Shown here: piece after piece, positions 26,880 to 38,649 of the stretch
Layout: the number at the start of each line of letters is the position of its first letter
Numbering within the stretch: the first letter of the stretch is position 1
From: Prorocentrum cordatum
Taxonomy: Eukaryota
Reading direction: 5' to 3'
NCBI GenBank assembly: GCA_963575745.1
Contig: CAUYUJ010000001.1
Location: 2,108,001-2,172,000 of the forward strand
DNA: 64,000 nucleotides
The notes under the pieces: model-generated
Seen by the model: only the letters and a program-made list of their open reading frames with translations
Databases searched by the model: none
Told to the model about the DNA's origin: nothing
Program-made: the position numbers and the translations under genes

Positions 26880-27869
26880 GGAGGTTGGGGGGTGAGATCG
26901 CAGTGGAACGGAGATCCTCAACTGGGAAATCGTTTCGTTTCGTTCGTGTCGTGAGTGCGGGCGAGGCGAAACTGCGTGGGCGCGCGAGAGGAACGAACCC
27001 GCCGTTGCTAGGGCGAAGTCAAGACAAATGTTGCTCCCCCGTGCGTCCGTCCGTCCGTCCGTCCGGCGGTGGTCCTAGCGGTGTCCCGCGGTGTCCCGTG
27101 GTGTCCCGTGGTGTCCCGTGATGTCCGCCGTTGCCAGGGCGAAGTCAAGACACATGTTTCGCTCCCGTCCGTCCGTCCGGCGGTGGCTCGCGGTGTCCCG
27201 CGGTGTCTCGTGGTGTCCCGTGGTGTCCCGTTGTGTCCCGTTGAGTGAGATCGATACTGAGATCGATACTGAGATCGGTACTGAGATCGATGTGGTGCCC
27301 CGAGGTGTCCCGTGGTGTCCCAAAAAATGAGATCGATAGTGAGATCGACAACTGTCCCGTGATGTCCCGTGGTGTCCCGTGGTGTCCCGTTGAGTGAGAT
27401 CGGTATTGAGATCGATATTGAGATCGATATTGAGATCGATGTGGTACCCCGGGATGTCTCGTGGTGCCCCGAAAAGTGAGATCGATAGTGAGAACGATAG
27501 TGAGATCGACAGTTGTCCCGTGGTGTCCCGTGGTGTCCCGTTGAGTGAGATCGATAGTGAGATCGATAGTGGGATCGATGTGGTGTCCCCAAGTGTCCCG
27601 TGGTGTCCTACGGTGTCCTGTTGAGTGAGGTCGATAGTGAGATCGATAGTGAGACCGATAGTGAGATCGAGAGGTGTCCCGCGGTGTCCCGCGGTGTCCC
27701 CTTGGTGTCCCGTGGTGTCCTATGGTGTCCCGTTGAGTGAGATCGACAGCGAGATCGACAAGTGTCCCGTGATGTCCCGTGGTGTCCCGTGGTGTCCCGT
27801 TGAGTGAGATCGATAGTGAGATCGATTGAGTCAGATGTTGGTTCCCCCCCTCTCCCCCCCGCAACCTCC
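26880..27869. mobile_element. TIR-bounded element filled with (GGTGTCCCGT)n/(GAGATCGATAGT)n satellite
   Basis: GGAGGTTGGGGGGTGAGA / TCTCCCCCCCGCAACCTCC; interrupts a (CTATGCGGTGTAAG)n tract that resumes at ~27905. Confidence 0.6.
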
Positions 27870-28145
27870 TTATCACTCGAAGGGTGGTCGTATAGGCAAT
27901 GGAAACTATGTCGTGTAAGCCCCGTTAGTAAGTCATGCGGTGTAAGATCCGCACACGTGGCGACCAGGAGGCGGCACGGGCGGTACAGTCGGGGCGCTGA
28001 ACAAGGAACCCTTTTCGTTGGGGAGGGGCTCCGTGTTCCTTCATTGTTTCGCAGCTTGCCTTGGGTGGTCCTCAGGTCTTCGATGGGGAATCGAAGTTCA
28101 ACTCATGGGAAAAAAGGGACCTCGTTCCTCCTTTAGGGTTCCTTA

Positions 28146-28333
28146 CAGTAGGTTTGCGTCGTGTCGACCAGCGGCGACCCCAGCGCGGGCGTTCCAGGTT
28201 GAACGCCGCCGGCGACCCAGAATCGATCGAGGTTGAACGATCGGACGTTGCGGCAGCGGCCGATCGTTCAAGGTTGAACGATCCCTGCGGTGTCAAAAAC
28301 CAACGCTGGGGTCGGCACGACACGAACCTGCCG
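28146..28333. mobile_element. 188-bp Tc1/mariner-type MITE, copy 2
   Basis: Near-identical to 5165-5352; TA on both sides. Confidence 0.85.
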
Positions 28334-30469
28334 TAGGCCAACTCCCCGACTGTAACGTGGCGCAGACTCGGCGGACACACACAGCGCACGGGGCGCCCGC
28401 GAGCGCCCACGCGGCGTCACGGGCGGCAACGTGGCGCAACCTCGGCGGAGCCACCCCACCAACGGGGCGCCCACGAGCGCCCCAGGGGCGGCGCGGGGCG
28501 GCAACGTGGAACTCACCACCCACCAAACCGCCCCAACCCAACCCGAAGGCTCAGATTTACCCTCGATTTCTAGTGGGGGGGGGTCCGGGAACATCGGAAA
28601 AACACATATGGAGCCCATATCCCCCCCAAGGGGCGGCGCGGGGCGGCAAGGCTCGGTCATCCCAGGGGCGGCGGGGCAGAGGGGGCGGTTATCCCGAGAC
28701 CTGGCCGATTGGATCACGACAGGTCGTGATATCCCGACCCGATTGGATCACGACAGGTCGTGATATCACGACAGGTCGGCCCCTGGTGATCACGATCCCG
28801 AGGGGGCGGTTATCCCGATGACACGACCAGGGGCCCGCGGGGATTGGCGCCCGCGGGATGAGCGCGAGGCTCGGTGGGCCCGTGAACGGAAGCAGTACCC
28901 CCTAGGTGCACGCATCGTTTGGGGCGCAAAGGGCTTCTGAGACGTGTCTGTCCCCCGGGGGCCTCCCGCGGAGGCTCCGTGCCCACCTTGGCTCCAGCCT
29001 GGCCCGAAGCCTCCCAAGGATGCCCTGAGAGGCCAACACCTTTTTTGAGTCGAATCGGTTGTTCCACGTGTTTTGGCTTTGGGCGAAGGGGGGGCCAATC
29101 ATAGCCCCCCCCCGTCGGAGGCCGAAGCATGGTTTCCTGGGGCGCTCCTGGGGTGCTGTTCGGAGGGCCGCCTTGGAGCCACCCTGGGGCCCCTCCTGGA
29201 GGCACTCCCGAACCATGCTGAAGCTTTCTTGAGCCGTCTTGGGCCATCTTGGCGCTGCTACGCGTCGCCCCCGCTCCCCCACCTTGTCCAAGCCCAGGGA
29301 GGGGGGGTCAGGCTCCGAATGGGAGTGCCAGAGGCTGTCTCGCTCACTTTCGCCCGCCATGCCACCATGCCAAGCAGTACCAGAGACTCAGCCCAGCCAG
29401 AGGTCGCCATCGGACGGATGGACAGCCAAACGCCAATGCGGCGCTTGCACCCGCAACAAGCTCGCACTGGTCTTGTGGAGTGGGGCAGCGGGACAGCGCG
29501 CAGCGGTCAAGTCACACCCTAGAAAACCCCATCAGTGGGTTTCCCTGGAGTTCTGGCAGAAGCCATGCCCGCCTTCCCTGGCTCACCCGCCGAAGTCGGC
29601 CCAGAACCGTGAACCTGGGGTCCCGGCCGCCCGCCGAGATCGACCCTGAACCCGGAACCCTCGAACCCGGCCGCTTGCGACATCGCCTTTGACGGGGGAA
29701 CCGGGGAACCCGGCCGCCGATCGAAATCGGCCCGAATTGTTCGCGTATTCTTTCAGCTTCCGCCAAGGCCCCTTGCTCGGACCCCTTCAGTGCAGCCGCT
29801 GATTCGGGCGTATATGCTTACCCCTCCGCCATCCGTATCCAAAGTCAACGCGAAATGCTCTCGAGAATTCCGCTCACGATCCAGATGTTGCAGCTACGTG
29901 CGTTCCATCGTGCTTTTTGACAGGGATGGTGGGGAGTGCCCTCGCGGTTCCTGATTGACTGCCGGTCGATTGGGAAAAGGGTTTAATAATATTGAAGCGG
30001 TGATGAACAATAAACCCCTCCCGAAGGCGGGGAAGCAGGGAATTGGAAGACCGAACTCACTAATATACCTGCTCCCAAATTGTTGGTGGGATGCTGGGCG
30101 CTGAGCACGGGGCCGATTTCCTCCCAGATGTCGAGGGTTCGCGATGGAGGTGGTGCGCCGTTGTTGTCGCACGCCAAGCTGTGCTTTTGCATTCGCCCAG
30201 CTTTGCGTGCCTCTTTCTGATCCTCCCAGGTGCGCTTTCCATCATGAACTCCCGCTCTCAGGGTGGCACAGGGCCTCGGACACGCGATCCATCTTGTCCA
30301 TGGCCCAATTTCTCCCTTAGGCCCACGGGGAACAAGTGGCACGCGCGCCTTGGCTCTTGCACCAAAGGAGCTGGGAGGGACAGGAGGCTTTCGCTCCCTT
30401 CCTCCAGGAGTTCCTTCCGTGGCCGTGGGGAGGGGAGGACGAACGACGAACGAACGAACGACGACGACG

Positions 30470-32535
30470 AAAATAAAGAGGTCCGAGCTCTAGAACACAG
30501 CTGTGCAAGATAATAAAAGCTTCGGCGGCCCAGGGGGGCTGCCCTGGGAGGCCCGTGGGCAGGAGGGGTCCAGGGCCCAGGGAAGCAGGGGCAGGCCAGC
30601 GGGTGATTCTGGGAGGCTCGGCAGGAGGAGCAGGAGGAGCAGGAGGAGGGAGGGAGAAGGGTACCCGAATGAAGGGAGACCTCCATACGGAATATGCCTG
30701 GGTCGAAATTGATTTCGAGCACGAGCTGGATAGTCCACCGACTCCAGCAAAGTGGCCCAAGATGCGTTCACGACGGATCTAGGTGGCAACAACGCCCGAG
30801 GTGGCTAGGGAGGAGGACGAACCACGAACGAACGAAGCACGAAAATAAAGGCTTCGGCGGCCCAGGGGGGCTGTCCTGGGAGTCCCGGGGGAGAGGGGGG
30901 TCCAGGGCCCAAGGAAGCAGGGACAGGCCAGCGGGTGATCCTGGGAGGCCCGGGGGAGGGGGGGGGTCCAGGGCCCGAGGTCGCCAGGGAGGACGACGAA
31001 CCACGAACGAACGAACCACGAAAATAAAGGCTTCGGCGGCCCAGGGGGGCTGTCCTGGGAGGCCCGTGGGCAGGGGGGGTCCAGGGCCCAGGGAAGCAGG
31101 GGCAGGGCCCAGGGGGGGCTGCCCTGGGAGGCCCGTGGCAGGCCAGCGAGTGATCCTGGGAGGCCCGGGGGAGGGGGGGGTCCAGGGCCCGAGAGGGCCA
31201 GGGAGGACGACGAACCACGAACGAACGAACTTCGAAAATAGCTTCGGCGGCCCAGGGGGCTGCCCTGCTCCTGGGAGGCTCGGGGGGAGGCTCGGGGCAG
31301 GGGGATCCTGGGAGGCTCGGGGGAGGGGGGGGTCCAGGGACGACGAACCACGAACGAACCACGAAAATAAAGGCTTCGGCGGCCCAGGGGGGCTGCCCTG
31401 GGAGGCCCGGGGAGGGGGGTCCAGGGCCCAAGGGAAGCAGGGACAGGCCAGCGGGTGATCCTGGGAGGCCCGGGGGAGGGGGGGGTCCAGGGCCCGAGGT
31501 CGCCAGGGAGGACGACGAACCACGAACGAACGAACCACGAAAATAAAGGCTTCGGCGGCCCAGGGGGGCTGTCCTGGGAGGCCCGTGGGCAGGGGGGGTC
31601 CAGGGCCCAGGGAAGCAGGGGCAGGGCCCAGGGGGGGCTGCCCTGGGAGGCCCGTGGCAGGCCAGCGAGTGATCCTGGGAGGCCCGGGGGAGGGGGGGGT
31701 CCAGGGCCCGAGAGGGCCAGGGAGGACGACGAACCACGAACGAACGAACTTCGAAAATAGCTTCGGCGGCCCAGGGGGGCTGCCCTGGGAGGCTCGGGGG
31801 AAGGAGGGGTCGGGAGGCTCGGGGGGAGGCTCGGGGCAGGGGGATCCTGGGAGGCTCGGGGGAGGGGGGGGGTCCAGGGACGACGAACCACGAACGAACC
31901 ACGAAAATAAATGCTTCGGCGGCCCAGAGTGGGCACCACGAAAATAAAGGCTTCGGCGGCCCAGGGGGGCTGCCCTGAGAGGCCCTGGGAGGCTCGGGGG
32001 AGCTGCCCTGGGAGGCTCAGCGGCCCAGGGGGGCTGCCCTGGGAGGCTCGGGGGGGCTGCCCTGGGAAGCTCGGGGGGAGGCTCGGGGCAGGGGGATCCT
32101 GGGAGGCTCGGGGGAGGGGGAGGTCCAGGGACGACGAACCACGAACGAACCACGAAAATAAGGCTTCGGCGGCCCAGGGGGGCTGCCCTGGGAGGCTCGG
32201 GGGGAGGCTCGGGGCAGGGGGATCCTGGGAGGCTCGGACGAGGAGGGGGTCCAGGGACGACGAACCACAAACGAACCACGAAAATACAGGCTTCGGCGGC
32301 CCAGGGGGGCTGCCCTGGGAGGCTCGGGGGGAGGCTCGGGGCAGGGGGATCCTGGGAGGCTCGGGGGAGGGGGGGGGATCCAGGGACGACGAACCACGAA
32401 CGAACCACGAAAATAAAGGCTTCGGCGGCCCAGGGGGGCCTGGGAGGCTCGGGGGAGGGGGGGGTCCAGGGACGACGAACCACGAACGAACCACGAAAAT
32501 AAAGAGGTCCGAGCTCTAGAGCACAGCTGTGCAAG
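30470..32535 (+). repeat. Complex GC-rich tandem array (GAACCACGAAAATAAAGGCTTCGGCGGCCCAGGGGGGCTGCCCTGGGAGGC...)
   Basis: Many units with higher-order duplication; bounded by the direct repeat GAAAATAAAGAGGTCCGAGCTCTAGA(A/G)CACAGCTGTGCAAGA. Confidence 0.9.
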
Positions 32536-34048
32536 AGAATAAAGCTTTCAGGGCTGAGGGGGCGTATCTGATGGATATGCCCGCCAGCCGTTTACCGAGC
32601 GGCCCAGAAAGCTTCAAGCCTTTCCTGCGGCAGGATACGCAGTCGCACGACGCTTTGGCGTGTTTGCCGAAATCGTTTTCTCAAGTAGGCCGGAAGAACG
32701 GGGCCAGAAGCTTTGAGCTAGCGTGTCGCACGGCTGGTTTGGGCCCACCACGCTCCGGCGCCACACGCTAACCACTTCCCAGTCCCCAGTCATCAACGTC
32801 TCAAGCTCTTCCCCACCTCCCGCCACGCGGAGCGGAGCGACACGCTACCCGCTCGCAAGGCAGAGCGTGTCGCCGAGGCCACCGCCGCGACACGCTAAGC
32901 AACGGTTCCTGACCTTATGGGCGTGAATGGTGTTTTGGGTTGCCTTGCCCTGGAGCAGAATTCATCTGGAGCCTGTCGCTGCAGAGCCAAGTCTAATGTC
33001 GTTGAGTGCCAAGTCTCCTCCTGCACCACCAAGCGTGAAGGCAGGAGATAATGCGACCTGCCACAGGGCAAGACCTAAGGCAGGGGCAACGTGAGGGGGG
33101 GCATAGGCTCAGGGGGGCATGCATTCGCCCACTGATTGCCGATATGGGTCCGATTGCCCACCTCGCCCAGGTTCGTGCGGTTTCGCTAGCGAGGGCTTAC
33201 CGCCGATGTGTCGGCGATGTATCGACAATTCGAGGTCGATGTTCCCCCCCCCCCTACTGAGTCAGTTCCCCCCCCCTCTCGTTCCCCTTAGTAGAGACCG
33301 TAAATATGAACCACCCATGTGGGTCTATGCGCCTGACACGCCTGGCGGAAAAGGGCACGGCCCCATTGCTGCCACACTGCAGGCGGGGGGGCTATGATGA
33401 GGAAGAGTGCGGATAGTGAACTTGCAGCAGGAAGACAGGGACAGGCGAGTACTATAGCACGAGAGTACGACATAAATTCTTCGGACATAGCAGATGTTCG
33501 GGAGATTGCGTATATACCGCCGCATTTATTTGGATGATCGGTGTCGCAGTGGCCTTGGATCTAGCTCTTCCTGTGCGGTGTCCCCCGACCCGCCGCGGTT
33601 TTGCCTATTGCTGCATTCTCTTTGGATTTGGATGCCTTCGACTTTCACGCACCATGGGCGTTGCTGTCGTGCCAGCTGCACTCCGTCCGACCGCGGCGAT
33701 CACCACCGCACGCCGTCCTTGCACCGTTCCGGTGGCTCGGCCCTTCCGCCTGAGCGTCGGGCGGACTTGCCCGCACGTGCGCACACGTCGCGCAGCAGTC
33801 TGAGGCGCACGGGTCAGGGACGCGTGCGACGAACCCATTGTTGATCAGTACGATGTGGTCACTGTTTGAGGCGCCCATTGTCGCCCAACCACGTGTCGAC
33901 TACAATGCCCAGGCATTGCATGCGGTAGTCCTGGCGACGAGGGCGCGCACGCGCACACCATTCAAAGACGCCCGTGAGCGAGCGAAGCGGTCTGGTGATG
34001 TGCGCTAGAAGGGCGCCAGAAGGTGTCATTATTTGAAAGAGCGTGTTC

Positions 34049-35130
34049 TACCGCTGCTGGCGGAAAACCGAGGGGGGGGGGTCACAGGGGGTTCCCAACC
34101 CGTCCCCCCCATCCCCCCCTCGAAAGCGGGGGGGGGTCACTACCGGTTCGAACCCTCTCCCCCCCTCCAGTCCATCATGAAAAGGGGAGGGTGTCACTAC
34201 CGGTTCGAATCCCCCCCCCGCCGCCGGCAAACGATTCCCGCTCTTCGGGACAGTTGGACAGTGGTGGGGATACTGGGACAGTGGTGGTGACGGTGGTGGG
34301 GACAGTGGTGTGGGGACAGTGGGACAGTGGGGCGGACAGTGGGACAGTGGTGGGGACGGCGGTGGTGGGGACAGTGGTGAGGGGACAGCGGGACAGTTGT
34401 GGATACAGTGGGGACAGTGGGACAGTGGTGGGCACGGTAGTGGTGGAACCAGTGGTGAAGGCGGTGGTGAGGACGGTGGTGGGACAGTAGTACAGTGGGG
34501 AGAGTGGTGGGGACAGTGGGGGCAGTGGGACAGCACAGTGGGACAGCACAGTAGGACAGCGGCGGGGACAGTGGGACAGTGGCGGGAACAGTGGGGACAG
34601 TGGGACAGTGGTGGGGACAGTGGGGACAACGGAGAGAGTGGGACCGTGGTGGGACAATGGCGGGGAGAGTGGGGACAGTGAGACACTGGTGGGGACAGCG
34701 GGACAGTGGTGTGGGACAGTGATGTGGGGACAGTGGGGAGAGTGGGGACAGTGGTGTGGGGACAGCGGGACAGTGGCGGGGACAGTGGGGGACAGTGGGA
34801 CAGTGCTGGGGACAGTGGTGGTGGGGACAGTGGTAAGGGCGGTGGCGAGGGCGGTGGTGTGACAAGGAGACAGAGGTACAGTGGGGATAGTGGTGGGGAC
34901 AGTGGGGGCAGTGGTGGGAACAGCGGGACAGCTCAGTGGGACGGCGGCGGGGACAGTGGGACAGTGGGGACAGTGGGACACTTGTGGGGACCGTGGGGAA
35001 GTGGTGAGAGTGGGACCGTGGTGGGAACAGTGGTGGGCACAGTTGGGACACTTCGACAGTGGCGGGGGCACTGGTGGGGACAGTAGGGACGGTGGTGGGA
35101 ACAGTGGGAACAGTGGTGGTGTGGACAGCG
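34049..35130 (+). repeat. Element head (TACCGCTGCTGGCGGAAAACC..GTCACTACCGGTTCGAA) plus (GGGACAGTG)n satellite
   Basis: Same organisation at 48911-49820. Confidence 0.85.
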
Positions 35131-35149
35131 GTGCTGGGAGCATCGCCTT

Positions 35150-36260
35150 CGGGGGAGCGCCTTGTGGGGTCACTACGCGCGTGAAGGGTGAGCCGGAATG
35201 GGGCGGGGCCGCCATTGAGGCCTTCATTGGAGCTCCTTATGGGGCCACGTAGCGTGTGAGGGGTTTGCCGACATGTGTTGCGGGGGCGCATGCGGGCCGC
35301 GCCTCGGGGACCTTCGGTGGAGCTCCCTCTTATGGGGCCACGAAGCGTGTGAGCGGTGTACAAACATGGGTGGCAGGGACGCATACAGGCTGAGCAACTG
35401 GGGCCTTCGGCGGAGCTCCATGCGGGACCACGAAACGTGTGAGGAGTATGTCAAAATTTGTGGTGGGGACGCATGCGGGCTGCGCCGCTGGCACCTTCGG
35501 CGGACCTCCCTGTGGAGCCACGAAGCGTGTGAGGGGTGTGCCAAAATGGGTGGCGGGGACGCATGCGGGCTGCGCCACTTGGACCTTCGGTGGAGCTCTT
35601 ATGGGGCCACGAAGCGTGTGATGGGTGTGCCGAAATGGGTGGCGGGGACGCATGCGGGCTGCGCCGCTGGGACCTTGAGTAGAGCTCTTACGGGGCCACG
35701 AAACGTTTGATGGGTGTGCCGAAATTCGCGGCGGGGACGCATGCGGACTGCGCCACTGGGACCTTCGGTGGAGCTCTTCTGGGGCCACGAAACGGGTGAG
35801 GGGTTTGCAAAAAAGGATGGCGGAGACATTGTGGCTGCGCCGCTCCCCATGGGGCGACGAAGCGTGCGAGGGGTGTGCAGAAATTGATGGCGGGGACGCA
35901 TGCGGGCTGCGCCAGTGGGGCCTTCGGTGGAGCTCCATATGGGGCCACGAAACGTGTGAGGGATGTGCCCACATGGGCGGCAGGGGCGCATGCGGGCTGC
36001 GCCACTGGGGCCTTCGGCGGAGTTCCTTACAGGCGGTGGGTGCATCAGAATGGAAGGCGGGGGCGCATGCGGGCCGCGCCACTGGGACCTTCGGTGGAGC
36101 TCTTCTGGGGCCACGAAACGCGTGAGGGGCGTGCCGAAATGAGTGGCGGGGACGCACGCGGGCTGCGCCATTGGGACCTTCGGTGGAGCTCCTATGAAGC
36201 CGCGAAGCGTGTGAAGGGTGTACCGAAATGGGCGGCGGGGACGCATGCGGGCCGCGCGGC
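35150..36260 (-). repeat. ~88-bp minisatellite, inverted relative of 16770-19230
   Basis: CCTTCGGTGGAGCTC..TATGGGGCCACGAA units. Confidence 0.85.
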
Positions 36261-36374
36261 GGGGTTGAACGAAACGTGTGGGTGGGCGTACCAAAGGTCA
36301 AATTTCGGACTCGGTCCTGTCGTTTCCCCTTCAGACAGATTCGATTCAGTAGAAGGGGCATACATCTGTCTGCG

Positions 36375-36426
36375 TGGTGGCTGGCATCCGAAGTGGCCAG
36401 CCCAGATTACCGTAACAGCATGATTG
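36375..36426 (+). pseudogene. 52-bp diverged copy of an internal GH92 segment (GGWxPKWASPxYRNSMI)
   Basis: Matches 43582-43634 with substitutions and a 1-nt deletion. Confidence 0.85.
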
Positions 36427-36442
36427 ACAATCTTGTGGGCGT

Positions 36443-36463
36443 TCCGTAGCCATTTTGGCCAAG
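36443..36463 (+). other. Dinoflagellate spliced-leader relic upstream of GH92
   Basis: TCCGTAGCCATTTTGGC-CAAG: SL with one deletion, 44 nt before ATG 36508. Confidence 0.92.
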
Positions 36464-36507
36464 GGGCCAGGCGCCGCCGCGGTCGACCGTGACGGCCAGG
36501 CCCTCTT

Positions 36508-37581
36508 ATGCCATGGCTCCATGCAGGGGCGCCCTCTCTTTGGCCTCAGCTATTCGGAGCGTGGCTTCTTCGGGGCTGCCCACATGAAGCCGTGGCGTTC
36601 CCGGTGACCGAACCCGTGGATTGGGTCAACGTGTTGTCGGGCGCGGCGGGCGGCGAGCGCATCGGGCAGCACCACAGTGGGGGGAGCACGCTGCCGCTCG
36701 CTGCGCTGCCGTGGGGCTTCAACCACTGGGCGCCCCAGTCGAACAGCGACAAGACGAGCTGGTGGTTCGACGCCGACTCCGACACCTTCCGAGGCATCCG
36801 CTGCACGCACCAGCCGTCGCCTTGGATAGGTGACTACGGCTGGTTCCTCCTGCGGCCCTTCCAGGGCTCCCCGAAGGACGAGTGGGTGGGCTTCACCTCG
36901 TACCGCGCGGCAGGGGCGTTGCAGCCGCACTCGATCGACATCACCGCCGGGCCCTACGGGGTGCGCACCGAGCTGGTGCCCACGCAGCACGGCGCCGCTC
37001 TGCGGGTGACATTCCCGGACGTCGTGCCGGCGGACAAGCGGCGCGTCTGCGTGCTGGTGCCGCGCGGGCTCGCGAGGGACGAGGACGAAGCGCGCGCCGC
37101 CGAGGCTTCCGACAGGCCCACCGGCTCCTGCAGCGCGCAGTTTGGCGAGATCAGTTTGGTCTCGCGCAAGTTCGCACAAGGCGTGCCCCTGGGCTCCGAC
37201 TTTGCGCTCTACGCCTGGCTCGAGGCGGAGGGGCTGAACGCGGAGGAGCGGGAGGAGACGGACTGGTGCTTCGAGCGGGATGTACGCTACGTCAAAAAAG
37301 ACGGAGCGCTCACCATGAGGGGGCACCCGAAGAAGAAGGCGGGCAGCGCCCAGAAGTGCCAGGAGAGGTGTTTTCTCGCCCTGGGGTGCGAGAAGTTCTC
37401 TTATCTGGACGACGGGAGCTGCTACCTGCTCAACGAGCCGATGGTCCTGCAGAGGGCTGAGGGCGCCGTCTCCGGACCCGCCGACTGCGACGGGCAGGTG
37501 CAGCCGGTGGGCAGCCGGGAGTGCTGCTTCCTCGCCGGGGAGCGGACGCAGGTGGAGGTGCGGATCGGCACCTCGCTCATC
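36508..37581 (+). CDS. GH92 alpha-1,2-mannosidase, exon 1 (N-terminal domain with inserted PAN/Apple domain at 37264-37488)
   Basis: GSTLP..PWGFNHWAPQ, GIRCTHQPSPWIGDYG, ..RIGTSLI; the 3' boundary is inferred from protein continuity. Confidence 0.88.
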
Positions 37582-37732
37582 TCGAAGAACAAAGGGGCAT
37601 GAACATAATTGCTCGGAGTTCCGCGCGGATTTCTCGGATCTGGGCCCCGCCGCCTGGGCCCCTTGGCCACGCCTCCGGCGCCGCCCCTGGCGCGCTCCAC
37701 GCGCCAGGGAGGGGGTTCAGCCCGATGAATCA

Positions 37733-37893
37733 CCACCCACCAAACCACCCCAAGCCAACCCGAAGGCTCAGATTTACTCTCGATTTCCAGTGGGGGGGGT
37801 GTCGGGAAACATCGAAAAAACACATGTGGTACCCTTACCCCCCCAACCCGAAATTCGGGTCTTCGGGTTGGGTTGGGGTGGTCTGGTGGGTAG
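37733..37893. mobile_element. TCA-flanked MITE nested in GH92 intron 1
   Basis: Same family as 25182-25352. Confidence 0.8.
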
Positions 37894-38034
37894 TCAATGA
37901 AGAAATTCGCGTGGAGCTCCGAGAGTTTATTTCCCCCCCAGGCCTAATGGGGCTCCAGTTTTCGCCCCACCCACGTCTTCTTCTCCCGTCCCGTCCCGTC
38001 ACTTCCCCTTCTCCCGCTCCTCGTCCTTCTCGCG

Positions 38035-38050
38035 CGCACACGCATACACA

Positions 38051-38126
<76 letters not shown>

Positions 38127-38245
38127 TCATACACTTGCACACACACACACACACACACACATTATAGCCGTGCACACACAACACCAACGCACCATACACC
38201 CCAGACGTATGCATCAGGGCGCACACACATCACACACACACAAAC
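38035..38245. repeat. (CA)n microsatellite, followed by a ~90-bp tandem repeat to ~38640
   Basis: Direct reading. Confidence 0.85.
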
Positions 38246-38649
38246 AGAATACACTCATGCTTCGGGTCGGTCGTCCAAGGCATAGCAGGCATGGCACTGG
38301 CACTTTCGCGACACCAGAGGGGGTGCGCAGGGGGTGGTCCCTCACTACGGTCTCTATACGCGCCAATCTCTCAGGGGCCTAGCAAGCGTGCGATTCACGA
38401 CGCCCGAAGGGGGTACGTATAGGGTGGACCCTCCCCTCGATCTCTACACGTCCCAATAGCGCATGGCCAAGCAGGCGTGGCACTTTTTCGACAGTGGAGG
38501 GTGTGCAGCGTGTGGTTCTTCACCGCGGTCTCTACACGCGCCAATGTCGCAGGGCCAAGCAGGCGTGGCACGTTCTCGACACCAGACGGGGGTGCGCCGG
38601 GCGTGGTCCCTCACCGCGGTCTCTATTCGCGCCAGGCGGAGGTCGACGC

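Noticed and set aside
30768..32534. 570-590-aa Pro/Gly-rich ORFs
   Set aside because: Open in several frames because the tandem array lacks stops; not protein-like.
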